DNA from: Heptranchias perlo
Taxonomy: Eukaryota
DNA: 64,000 nucleotides
Direction: 5' to 3'
Assembly (NCBI RefSeq): GCF_035084215.1
Contig: NC_090348.1
Coordinates: forward strand, 38,440,001 to 38,504,000
Of the stretch, positions 38,516-50,287 are shown one piece after another. A model generated the notes under the pieces. That model worked only from the letters and a program-made list of their open reading frames with translations. It had not been told where the DNA came from and made no database searches. Position 1 is the stretch's first letter. Every line of letters begins with the position of its first letter. The translations under genes and the position numbers were made by a program.

Positions 38516-39562
38516 ACTTTGTTTTGTCTTCTGTAAATTACAAAAAGTGTTTTAAGTACGGATTGTTCTAGGACTACTGTGTGCAGAACAAAGGAAGCTC
38601 TGTGACAGTAGTGCCATGTAACAGTTGTAATAAACTCAGTATTTGTTTTGTCTCACCTTCAAATAATGTGAAAACATGTAGAGACCAAAATACATTCATC
38701 ATCCTGCATTTCTGTGATCAATTAGTCCTTGGAGCAGAAGGTACAAAGGCAACATTATTTTTTAAATTTTTCCATGTAGCTTGTAATAGCTTCTTTTTCA
38801 GATAACTTTTTTCGCAGTTATGAAATGTAATAAATCATTGCCATCCAGATACAAAGCCAATGTTACAAAAAAAGCTACATTTGTTTCCATCAGGAACTAG
38901 CATGAACATTAAAAAGTAAGGTTAAAAGGATCTGCGATGGCTCAGTGGTAAATCCAGCTCGTGATGTAGGAATGAGGTCCCAAAATTCAATCTCTGCTCT
39001 AGCTAATCCCAACTCTCTACAGTTGGCCTCAATGCTCATGGGTTAGAGAAGGGAAACATCAGCCATTGATCACTGGTCAGCATCTCTGCAGGTGAAAGAA
39101 TAAGTGTGTCAGATGAGAAGAATAGGATATTGTTTCACTTTGGTATCTACCCTTTGTCTCCTTCTGTGGTCAAATAGTCTACCAACTCTCATTATTTCAC
39201 TACTTCAATGCAGTACTGAGGGAGTGCTGCATTATCAGAGGTTCCATCTTTCAAATGAGATGATAATTTATCCTTCAGCCAACTCCCAAACTCCCAAAAC
39301 TCCCTTATTCTTCTTAGAAAAGTACTGGAATTTCATTCGATTACTTTTGTAGGTAAGGGAGAAGTTTCGTGGAGGTGTTTTTTTTAGAGATTTTGGCTAT
39401 GGTCAGTTACCTATTTGAGGAGGTTGAGAACATCCGATGGATTGGGACATATTGTACTCAGTGAGTGGAAGAACCTACTTGAGGGGTCAAAAAGTCATTT
39501 CTAGATCTTTCTTTTAACGTTCTGTATAATTTTGGGTTTTCACAATTGAGAACTTCACATGC

Positions 39563-42040
39563 TGTTGTAGTTAAGGGATATATGGAACATTACCTAGCTA
39601 TTATACTAATGCACTGTATATAAGATCTGTAATTGATATTTCTACCCATATACTGAAAACAATCTGCACTGATACCTCTGCAGCCAAGATACTATCTTAT
39701 AGATAGTTGTCACTACCCATATACTGCCAGGAAAGAAATTATTTGACTGAGGATAACATCTGTCCCTGATAACCCAGTGTCAGAGCTAATACTTATTAAA
39801 GCCACATCAATTCCAAAACCAGTAACCGTTTTAACCTATCTTGTGATCTCCAAACCTATCTGGTTGCTCTGGTGCAGGGTGTTACGGTTGGTATTCTGAA
39901 ATAGTGAAATCAATTGGGTTAAAATGCCTTCTGAACCTAACTTGTGAAAATGGAGAGAGACTTGCTACTTGGATTACATCATTCTGAAATAACGTCTGGG
40001 GATCACCAGTTGTTTGGGTGCGGAACTGGGTTTGAGTAAAACTGACCAGAAAAGATGACTTTTACAAGACATGAATGTCTGCCTTCATTCCTTCTGCAGC
40101 AGATCATCAGGTGAAGCACTGCTTCACCTAGCACCTCATGCGTGCGCGTGAGTGGTTGGCATGAAAGAGTCTCTGCTCCCTTGTGTGGAGCAGGAGAAGG
40201 AAGACCATGTGGTGGTCATTAAAACAGCAGCTCCTTTCCATGCGGGCCAGCAACAGTAATCAGAGGCGGAGCAGGGCAGGTCTGGCTGCTAGGATATGAA
40301 CTGACCATCCGCAAGCAAAGATACTGTCCTGAGGGCAGTTACGAGTCAATCATGTTGTATCAGGCCAACTAGAAATGGGCATAAATGAATGGCATTGCCA
40401 GTGACACCCACATCTGGAGAATGAATATTAATGTTTTCTATCATGTTTTCTGTTTCTCAAAAGGCACTAATCCACATGACCTCTTCATTGTCAACCTTTC
40501 TGATCATATGAGGTAGATATGCTCTGCTCTGCATGTTAGCAAGAAACATCTATCCTCTCATGTGGACAACAACAATTGTACATTTTTTGAAGGTATAACG
40601 TCACTCTCTGGAGCCATTGGGATCCCTAATTAGACTCTTTTTCAAAATGGCTTCAAATGGTTTATGATCACGTTCCACAGTAATTTTCTTTCCAAAGACG
40701 CAACATTCAAGTTTTGTCAAAGAAACAAAAATTGCTAAGAGTATTTCCTTCAATATGAATATGATTTAGCTCCATTTCCATTGCAGATCTTGAAATAAAA
40801 GCCACGGCCTGACATTCTTGCATGAGACATGCTCCTACTTCTCTTTCAGTTCATTGCACAGTAGAACAATGTTGTCAGGCGATGGAGAGATTATTAAAGG
40901 TATATCCAAGCATCCATAGTTTCCAAATGGTGTTGAAAAGATGGTTAGCTGACTCGATACTTCATCGAATATAACATGCCAAAATCCATTCTTTGCATTG
41001 ACCACCATGAATGGTTTTGCTTTCGCTAGTTCAGCCAGAACAGCACCTATTGTACAAAATGGGTAATTATTACATTTGAAAGGTTCCTTAAGTGGCTTTG
41101 GATCAATGCACAGGCGTACTTTGTCATCCCTTTTCATCGCCACACCATTGAAGGGACCCAGTCAATCAGGACACTGACCACTGCAAGAACTTACTTCCCA
41201 ACAACTCAATAATGTGCTACTTGACAAGTTCTTTTACAACCAGAGGTAGTTTCCGGCCTGGCAATTGTGTAGGTGGGACCTTGGGATCAACTTAAAAGCC
41301 CAAAATGCCTTCTAATTTCCCCTGCTTCTTTGAAGACATGCTGGTTCTTGGTAATGACATCTTGTTTGGAGTTTTGATGTACCTTCCATCATCAGAATGT
41401 TCTTTTGATTCACTGTCACAAGTTGCATATGTTGAATGATGTAGCATCTGGGACAGCTCTACATAAACTTGGCACTATTTGAAACTTAGGGGCAGAACAG
41501 GGGTCACTTACCCTCTCGGAAGTTGCCCGTTTCCCTGCCGCCTGCGATCCTAACCTGCAGGGTTCTGCAGGCAGCTGAGATGCCCGCCTAAACCAGACAG
41601 GCGCCACATGGAAGCTGTCAGGAAGAACAAAGGTGCCCCAAAGGTGAGTAGAAAACACAAGGAAAGTTGAGGCCTCCCCTGCCCCAGACTCCCCCTACTT
41701 GCCTCCCGCGAGACCGATCCCGAAAACCCTCTCTGCCACTTATCTGGTGCCAGCAGGTGAGGCCATGTGCCAGCCAATTTGCAGCAGCCAGCAGCCACTC
41801 TGCATCCTGTTCCTGCCAGAACGGGAAGTGGACCAGTGGAATTTAAACGAGGTTAAAATTACCAAAGGAATCCTGCCACTGCTGACAGGCAGGAAATGAA
41901 CTTTCCAACTAGAAACCCTGTCTGAGTTCAAATCCACCCCAATTAGTGTTGTATGGCTTGTTGTACTTGGGATTTTTAAAGCAGTGATTTTACATTTCCC
42001 CAGTAGTTCCATGTCTGTTTTGTTGAACATGAACAGTGAA
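39563..42040 (-). mobile_element. Degraded Ty3/Gypsy LTR retrotransposon (protease, RT N-terminus and RNase H remnants; putative 3' LTR)
   Basis: MFNKTDMELLGKCKI (~42030), VDPKVPPTQLPGRKLP (~41290), KVRLCIDPKPL...NAKNGFWH...LTIFSTPFG (40835..41143), GACLMQ and VERDHKPFEAI (~40660). Candidate LTR TGTT...AACA at 39758-39563, preceded by purine-rich AGGGACAGA. Confidence 0.8.
41484..41940. mobile_element. GC-rich DNA-element-like insertion within the Gypsy protease region
   Basis: It interrupts the ...STTSHTTL / FQIV... coding continuity and ends in AAATCCACCCC, the shared terminal motif class. Confidence 0.5.
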
Positions 42041-45000
42041 GTGTTCGAGTTTGGAAAAAAGTTACTTTTAAATATTGGGGTTTAAAAGCAAAGTGCATTC
42101 ACATAAATTTAGAAAAAAAAAATCCAGGCAAAAGGTGGTTAATATGTTAATGAAAATTATTTTCCACAAAGATCGGAAAAAATAAGTAATTTATTAGTCT
42201 GTTTGAGCAATTGAGAAACACCTCATACCCACTGTGTTGGGAATTCACTGATCCTTTTTGGCTATGAATGGGAGGAAGGGTGATAAAAAACAGAGACAGA
42301 TACAAGCAGTCAGGCCCAGCAAAGACTTAGAATTCAGGTGGGTAGTTGGGAGTTATTTGGTTGTCTTACATTATTTAAATCAATTAATGTGGGGTTTTGT
42401 AACATTTTCATTTGGCTTACACAAAGACTTGTTGTACTGATTTTAAATAAGTGAATCTAATCATAATTGTTGCTCTGTATGTTCATGTGCTGTGAAATAA
42501 AGTAACTTCATCTCACCAAGGAGCACACTTGCGAAAGATATAAATATCTACAATCCCGATCACAAGGGGATACCATTGTATCCCCTCACGTTACACTATT
42601 GTATAGTTAGGTATTGGGCAGTATGGGTACACCCAAATAAAAGATGCTCATACCACTTACAGGAGTGACTAACACTGTTATCCCCAAGAGAATATTTAAG
42701 ATAAGACCCTAAACTTGTAACAGTGCAATGTAAATGCAAGCTCTTTGTTTCTTTAAGCCTTATTTCCGTGTTTGTACTAACAACAAAAAAGTTTGTACCG
42801 CTGCAGCTCAGCAGTCTCTCCCAATCGATAAGGTCTACAAAGTGTACCCAGTATTCTGCACATCACTTCTCCTTCCTGTGGAACTTCTCCCTCAGACCAT
42901 GCCATTGCCTGAAACTCTGTCTCTTTTACAAAAGAGTTTAAACCCAGAGTAATTATTACTGCTGGGACATGCATTAGGCAATGGTAGATCTCTGACTTGC
43001 CTTATCATGACTGGTACCCTAGTACTATTCGTCCAATTATTGTGTACCCAGCAACTATCAGGGTCACTTCTAGGAGACAATCTGTCTTGGTATGGTTGCT
43101 TCCATTGGAGCCTGTTCTTATACCACTTAATGAACCAAATGAAACTGTTTCCTGCACATATGCATTTACACTGACCCTGAAGATGATCATCAGAAATATC
43201 TTACTGATTAAAAACAGCCAAGTTTTTTCAGTGAAACATTTTTCAGTCATTTATGTCAGAGCAATGATACTCAAAGAGGTGAAATGGGATAATTGCAACC
43301 TCTCTGAATTTACTTGTTTGAAGAAATGCCATGAATACCATGTACTATTGAAACGACATGACTGCATGCTGCAGGAATGTTCATTTCTATCTATTTTTTC
43401 CTCATGTGTATTACAGTCTCTTCCAACTGCTAATTCTTTACATGTCATAGTTCTTTTGAGGCCCTTTATGCCATCGATCAATGATTTATTTTGACTGTGT
43501 AAATGGTCACCTGAGGAGATTGTCGGAGATTCCGTGTAATGTGGCTTAGTTTACCAGAGTATTAGAGCTAAAGAAAGTTGTAACAACTCCAACTGAGTTT
43601 TTAACCAATTGGTATAATGTCTTGTTTTGAGACCAATTGACATTGACTGGACGCTTGACATATTGAATAGTCAACAATTAAAGCCAAATCTCTTTCCTTC
43701 TCTACTCTGTCAGTTTCCATTCATTAGGGATGGTTCCATAATCCTCTGCTGTCAGTAGGCATTGGAAAATCATGGAATGTGCACTAGAAATTTCCCGGGA
43801 TGCACACCCTGCAATCCCCATTGGCGGTGCCTGATTGCAGAAACACCCATTATATGCAATTTTGATGTTGCCGTGGCTATACTGTATCGTTAATATTCTC
43901 CAAATTCTTATGTGTTTCACAGTTCCCTTAACTGTAAATATCTTAATTTCTTTCAGCCTGTAAAAAATCCATGTTTAATGTCTGCTATTTCAAAAGAGAG
44001 TGTGCAGAGAAATACAAAATTATGTTCATTCCAGTAACCAGACTGTTGCAAGTAGGCTAATCCTTCAAATCATGTAACTCTCCAAGGGCAGAATACTAAA
44101 AAAACACAGCTTCGTGGAGGGGTGGTGGGGGCAAGGTTTATTTTTGAGACCTGCGGTAAAACCTCTTGTAGGAGAAAACTATAAACAGCAAAGTCTGAAA
44201 TGAATTAATTACTTTTTCAATTACTCCTCTGAATGAAATTTAATAATCTCGATAATACAATGCAACAGGACTCTTCCCTCTCAAGTGTACTCTCTCAATC
44301 ATTGAGAATTTCCCCAACTGACCATCAACCTTTGGAAGCTTCCACCCTTTCTCAAGGTCCCAGTTTTAATCTGTCTGATGATAATGTCACCCACCCAGGT
44401 AGCTCACAATTGCTGTCTTTCACAGACAAAACTAAATGTGTCATGCTATCCAAATCCAGGAGATGCTTTCAGTAGATGGGCTTCCTGATCACAAATGTAC
44501 CGCATACGAGATTACAATTTAACAATGTAGAGAAAACAACTTAACAATTTCAATACATACACAGGTGCTTGGTAGCTCAACAGAATCATTTTACAGCATA
44601 GTAGGAGGCATTCGGCCCATCGCATCTATGTGGGCTATTTGAGAAAGCTATCCGCTTAGTCACATGATCCAACAAACCTAACTGTGAAGATGCCAGCAAT
44701 CCTGTATAGTTTCCCATCAAGCTCTCAATCAGTCATGGAAATGAACCACTTTCAACTTTGGATCAGAACATTGTCCTGACCTCTCACTTGGAAGCCAATC
44801 TCTGAACTTTAATTGCAAATAGACATGAGTAATCCAGATATTTGCAACAAAGGGGTGTGAGTAGAAAGCTAATGAATGGTTGTTTGGTTCTGCATGAAAT
44901 CAATCTGGATAATATCAGTTTGGTTCCTCGTTTACAAAAGTTCACAACACAAAATTGTCTCCATATCTAGCACTAATGTGGCAATCTTTCTTAGAGTCCA

Positions 45001-45871
45001 TGAAATGAAAGGTCACACTACTGGATAGAGTTCAGCATTCTATCAAGGTAATATAGGAGTGCTTTAGAGTTTTTATCTGTGCTGCAAATGTATAAAAGCT
45101 GACTATTGCAGACAAAATGGAAAAATGTTCCATTGGACAGCATTTTTGTTCTTCACTTTGACGAGTGCACATGCATAAAATTAATTATTGTCATATAAGA
45201 TTAATGTTGCCTTAATAAGTTTAGATGAATATTCAAGTCTGTTCATAGCCGAACATATGGAAGATCAGACGCCTTGGAAGGAATTCAATAGAAAGCGGCA
45301 AATGAAACATTTAGGAAATAACTTCAAGTTCCAATATTATCGGTAATTAAAATTTGTAATTTTTCACCACGTTGCCAGGTGCTCTAGCCTGCAATCTTCA
45401 GTCAATCTGCTCTTCTCTTCACTTTTATTGAAAGCTCTAAACTACTAATAAACTACTAACAATTCAATATCATTTTTGGTAAGATCTTACCAAGGAGATA
45501 GCTTTTCATCTACGCTGCCTGGGCAGTTACCTGGCAGAGCGGATCACCCACCATTTATGGAACCCGCACGAATTTCATTCCATACAAATCAAGATAAAAT
45601 TCTACTCCTATGAGTCATGCATTTTGTTGGCGACTAACTAGTTATGTAAGAATAAGGGATGGTCACATTGCTAATTCTGACTGTTGGTGCAGTAAATTAT
45701 TTTCATCATTGTGAAAGGGTCAAGTTCCAGGTAAAGTTCTACTGAATGCAGAAAGCCATAGAATGGTATTAGCTAAGCAAATATTATAAACGGAGAACCA
45801 GCATTCTGAGCTAAACATAATAATTACTGCAGTTACATGATTAATCCACATAGAAAAAAATTCTTTTTTGG

Positions 45872-46152
45872 CGTATATAAGATAGTCACCAATAAGTCCA
45901 ATAGGGAATTCAGGAGAAACTTCTTTACCCAAAGAGTGGTTAGAATATGGAATTCCCTGCCACAAGGAGTAGTTGAGGCGAATAGCATAGATGCATTTAA
46001 AGGGAAGCTAGATAAACACATGAGGGAGAAATGAATAGAAGTATGTGCTGATAGGGTTAGATGAAGTCGGGATGGGAAGAGGCTCGTGTGGAGCATAAAA
46101 GCCGGCATGGACCAGTTGGGCCAAATGGCCTGTTTCTGTGCTGTAAATTCTA
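45872..46152 (+). mobile_element. CR1 3' fragment
   Basis: YKIVTNKSNREFRRNFFTQRVVRIWNSLPQ followed by a CR1 3' UTR. Confidence 0.9.
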
Positions 46153-46532
46153 TTTAATCCATTCCATCTATTTCCTCCCCCGAGGGAGGAATCATTTTTA
46201 ATATTGCTAATCTTGTATTTATACCCTCTAGTCCTAAAACCTCAGTTCAAATGAATAATCCTACTTGGATCCCCATTATTAAAGAGACACATGAATCAAA
46301 TCTTTACAATGTTCGGAAAACCCATCTTTCTGCACATTTTCTTTTCTCACAGTGAACTATTTGAAATCCAGAATCTTCCTGGTTGCATTTCTAACAAAAA
46401 TTCTTAATCCATCAATGTACTTTTGATGGGAAGGTGCCCAAAATTGCAGGTTCGGACCATGTAATATTCCCACTCAAATTATCATTAAGGATCTATTTGT
46501 TTCTTGAGACTTGCCTAAGTTATACATTTTTG

Positions 46533-46940
46533 CTTGGTTGAGTTGGCAACACTCTTGTGGGTTCAAGTCTCACTTCAGGACTTGAGCAAATAATCTAGAC
46601 TGACACTTCAGTGCAGTACTGAGGAAGGGCTGTACTGTCAGAAATGTCGTCTTTTAGATGACTTTTTAAACCAAGGCCCCATCTGCCCATTCAAGTGGAC
46701 ATTATAGATCACATGGCTTTATCTGAAGAAGAACAGGGAGGTCTTTGGATGTTCTGGTCAACATTCCACCTGCAACCAACAGCATCTCACTTGTTATTTG
46801 TGGAACCTTGTGTGCAAATTGACAGCCTCATTTGTGTAAATAACAGCAGCAACTGCAATTCAAAAGTAGTTCATTGGTTCTGATGTGCTTTGGGACATCC
46901 TCACAATGTGATAAGGTGCTTTATAAATGAAATTTTTTCC
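46533..46940 (+). mobile_element. Degenerate Deu-SINE
   Basis: B-box GGTTCAAGTCT, a Deu-like core and tail GGTGCTTTATAAATG. Confidence 0.7.
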
Positions 46941-47053
46941 TATATCTGCAAAATAAACATTTTGATCCCTTATGCTGCTATCCACAACCCTCCTTTCTTT
47001 TAGCTCTTATTCATTCTAATTATTTATCCTCTCCTGACTTTTTATGTCTCTGT

Positions 47054-47135
47054 GGGCTAGATCTTGACTTTGTGCGATAGCATAAAACAGGTGATAGCAA
47101 GTCAGCAGCCTGTTTTACATCTCTCCCAATTTTTT
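47054..47135. mobile_element. Half copy of the palindromic MITE family
   Basis: TTGACTTTGTGCGATAG...GTTTTACATCTCTCCC matches the reverse complement of the right arm of 37152-37309. Confidence 0.65.
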
Positions 47136-48021
47136 TTTATTTAACATTTTTATTTAAAAGTGGGGGCTGCTGAAGAATCCTGAGCAGTGTAGGCCCAACA
47201 CCTGTCCCATTCATCGCTAACAAATTTTCCAAAGGGGTCTTTTAACAAGCGTTAGGCCCCTAACTTACATAATCAAAGGGTCTAACGCCTGTTTTCGGTA
47301 TCCGCCTAGGACGCCTAAAAACGGGCCCCATGAATTTAGCAGTGGGAGCAACACTTGCGCTGGCCATTCCGTTGCCAAATTGGTATATTTTGCCTCCATT
47401 TTACGCCTGATGGGCGCAACACATGCTAATTTCTACCTCCATTTCACTTAAAGCAATCTTAATAGACCTTCCATTTTACATGTCATTTTATTTTCATCCT
47501 CCCCAGAACAACTTTTACTAAAACAGCGATTAATATTTCAGACTGCTACAGTAAACACACCAGGCCATGTTCTGCCAAGGTAAGCAAAGAAAAAAGATGT
47601 GGTGCAACACTGGTATGAAGGGCGAACAGCCTATTCGATTAATCTGAGGATTGCTCCTGGTCAAAAAACGGGCTTGTAGAAATCTGTACATTTGGTCAGT
47701 TTCCCAGGGAATCTGTGAACACTTGTTGAAATTCTTTGGGAAACTTTTACAAACCTGTATGAAATTCTTAGGATTTAAAGAAGCTCACTGTAGATCTGTA
47801 CATGCTAGTACAAATATCCTGGGAAATTTGTACAAGTACATACTAATTTATCACTGACAAAGATATCCCGTCATTCCGATGTCAGCTCATGATGTGGATT
47901 ACAGCTGCTGACAGTGACTGATGATGTTCACCCTGACCAATCAGTAATTGCAATGTTCTTGCTGTGGGGGAGAGGTGAAGTTATCAAGAAAAGTGCAGTT
48001 GATTAGCAGAAAATTCTATGA

Positions 48022-48310
48022 CAGCAACATTTATATAGTGCCTTTTAATGTAGTAAAACATCCCAAGGCGCTTCACAGGAGCATACTCAGACAAAAATTG
48101 ACAGCGAGCCAAAGAAAGAGATATTAGGATGGGTGACCATAAGCTTGGTCAAAGAGGTAGGTTTTAAGGAGTGTCCTAAACGAGGAGAGAGAGATTGAGG
48201 TGGAGAGGCGAAGAGGTTTGAGGAGGGAAATCCAGAGCTTAGGGTCTGCATGGCTGAAGGCACGACACCAATGGTAGGGAGAAGGAAGTGGGAGATGCGG
48301 AAGAGGCCGG
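48022..48310 (-). mobile_element. L2 3' end fragment
   Basis: CATTTATATAGTGCCTTTTAATGTAGTAAAACATCCCAAGGCGCTTCACAGG...GCTTGGTCAAAGAGGTAGGTTTTAAGG. Confidence 0.85.
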
Positions 48311-48985
48311 AATTAATTCGTGAATAATAAAAATAATATGGAAGCCAGACGTTACTTGCGAAAAATGTGACAAGCTAGTAAAACCAATCTTTACTGAATT
48401 TTTTTCTAGTCAGCATGATCGGCACTATGGGCAGGTGAGCCAGTGTAGTCCTCACCTGATCTTGTTAAAATGTTTAGATTCAGTGATCCTCAGGCAAGTC
48501 ACCTTCCACCAGCCTCAGCTTGTCAAACTGGGAACAAAATTTGGTCTATACAGTTTTTGGAAATGAACATTGAAATTTGCTGGGTTGGTTCCATTAGGTC
48601 TGGAGTATTAGCAAGCGGTGCTTTTCAGAAAGAAGGGTGATAATAAGCAATGTACTTATTGTTCTCTGCCTCTGTCTTGTTCTTGTCCAAACCTCAACCT
48701 GTCGAACCAGTTTACTGTTCACTCGGTGGGCTCCGCTCTTCAATGAGCAGGAGTTAACCTTTGATTGAAACGCATGCCAATAATAAATATTACAAGTCAC
48801 AAAACTATGTGGGGGATTTCAGCAGCACCATTTTTATTCATCAGTCTCTAAACTTTAGGTGCAAAGCAATCAATATTTAAACAACATTAGAACCTTCCAA
48901 GACATACATCACCTAGCCCATATCTTTGACTGATACATTCCACCTCTGTCATAAAAAGGTGTTTTCTTATACTCCATGTGGGTTA

Positions 48986-49608
48986 TTGTAAACAATTTTA
49001 CAACACCAAGTTATAGTCCAACAATTTTATTTGAAAATCACACGCTTTCGGAGGCTTCCTCCTTCCTCAGGTGAATGTCAAGAAATCCTCGAACCTTTCG
49101 CATTTATAAATCACAGAACAATACCTGGTGATTACAGATAGTCTTTCCAACTGCCCGTTGCCAAGGCAATCAAAGTGTTCAGACAGAGAGGTGTTACCTA
49201 CAGGGCCACCGAATATACAAACAACCAAAAAAAAAACAGAGAGAGAGAGGCAGAAACATAGAAGCATCCGGAAGGAAGAGAAAGACAGCAAATGACCTGT
49301 TATATTAAAAACAGATAACTTTTGTTCGCTGGTGGGGTTACGTGTAGCGTGACATGAACCCAAGATCCCGGTTGAGGCCGTCCTCATGGGTGCGGAACTT
49401 GGCTATCAATTTCTGCTCGACGATTTCGCGTTGTCGTGTGTCTCGAAGGCCGCCTTGGAGTACGCTTACCCGAAGGTCAGTGGCTGAATGTCCTTGACTG
49501 CTGAAGTGTTCCCCGACTGGGAGGGAACCCACCTGTCTGGCGATTGTTGCGCGGTGTCCGTTCATCCGTTGTCGCAGTGTCTGCATGGTCTCGCCAATGT
49601 ACCATGCT
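48986..49608 (-). mobile_element. 5'-truncated Penelope-like element (family B): GIY-YIG endonuclease C-terminus plus terminal repeat
   Basis: The minus strand encodes AWYIGETMQTLRQRMNGH...VGEHF...REIVEQKLI...GLN (ORF 49338..49586), followed by the hammerhead-bearing terminus. Confidence 0.92.
49037..49075 (-). ncRNA. Minimal hammerhead motif with a substitution at the cleavage triplet
   Basis: UUCAC-CUGAGGA-A-GGAGG AAG CCUCC-GAAA-GC-GU-GUGAU. The conserved U of the NUH triplet is replaced by G relative to the copy at 18851-18889. Confidence 0.65.
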
Positions 49609-49719
49609 TAGTAGCAGTGGATTTTATATAAGGTCTGAATGGACTGCCGACAACAGTGACCCTAGTCATCTCTCTGTAAATTTACTGCACCTACATTGCT
49701 TTCAAATAGTTTATTTGTG

Positions 49720-50065
49720 TAGCATCTTATCATGTCTTTCAGAACTGTCTCAAAGCACTCCACATGCTATGAATTACTTTGAAGTGCAGTCACCATTGTT
49801 GTGTAGGTAAATGTGAGATTTTTGCACACAGAGATCTTCCACAAACAACAATGAGGTGAACAACTGGTTAATCTGTTTTTTCATGATGGTGGTTGAGGGA
49901 GGAATGTTGTTCAGGGCACAAGGGAAGTACCTACTCTTCTTCAAGTAGTGCCATGGCATCTTTAGTGTCCACCTGGACCACAAGAACAGGCATACAGGAT
50001 CTTGGTTTGGAGAATAGCACCTCCAACAATGCAGCTCTCCCTCAGTACTGTATTGAGCATTATCC
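49720..50065 (-). mobile_element. Degenerate Deu-SINE
   Basis: TTGAAGTGCAGTCACCATTG..., GTGCCATGGCATCTTTAGTGTCCACCTG and GCAGCTCTCCCTCAGTACTG. Confidence 0.7.
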
Positions 50066-50287
50066 TAGACCACAGGGTAAATTACAAAGGGTGCAAACAT
50101 TTTTCTGACATTCCAGCAATCTCTTGTCAAAGGTGCAGCAGGAAATCGAGAGAACCACATGGGAATTTCAGGTGATAAAATCAGACAGATATATAAACAC
50201 ACATGTGAGATTTGGAAATCTGTACAAAATAAGCACTCAGCCAGGCCTGCATACTCATAGACTCATAGAATGGTACAGTAGCACAGT

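Noticed and set aside
42565-42586. Hairpin AGGGGATAC-CATT-GTATCCCCT and a possible solo LTR around it
   Set aside because: A 9-bp stem can occur by chance in 64 kb, and no TSD, primer-binding site or second copy was found.
42997-43494. 165-aa ORF in unique sequence
   Set aside because: It has a non-ATG start, no recognisable domain and no splice support.
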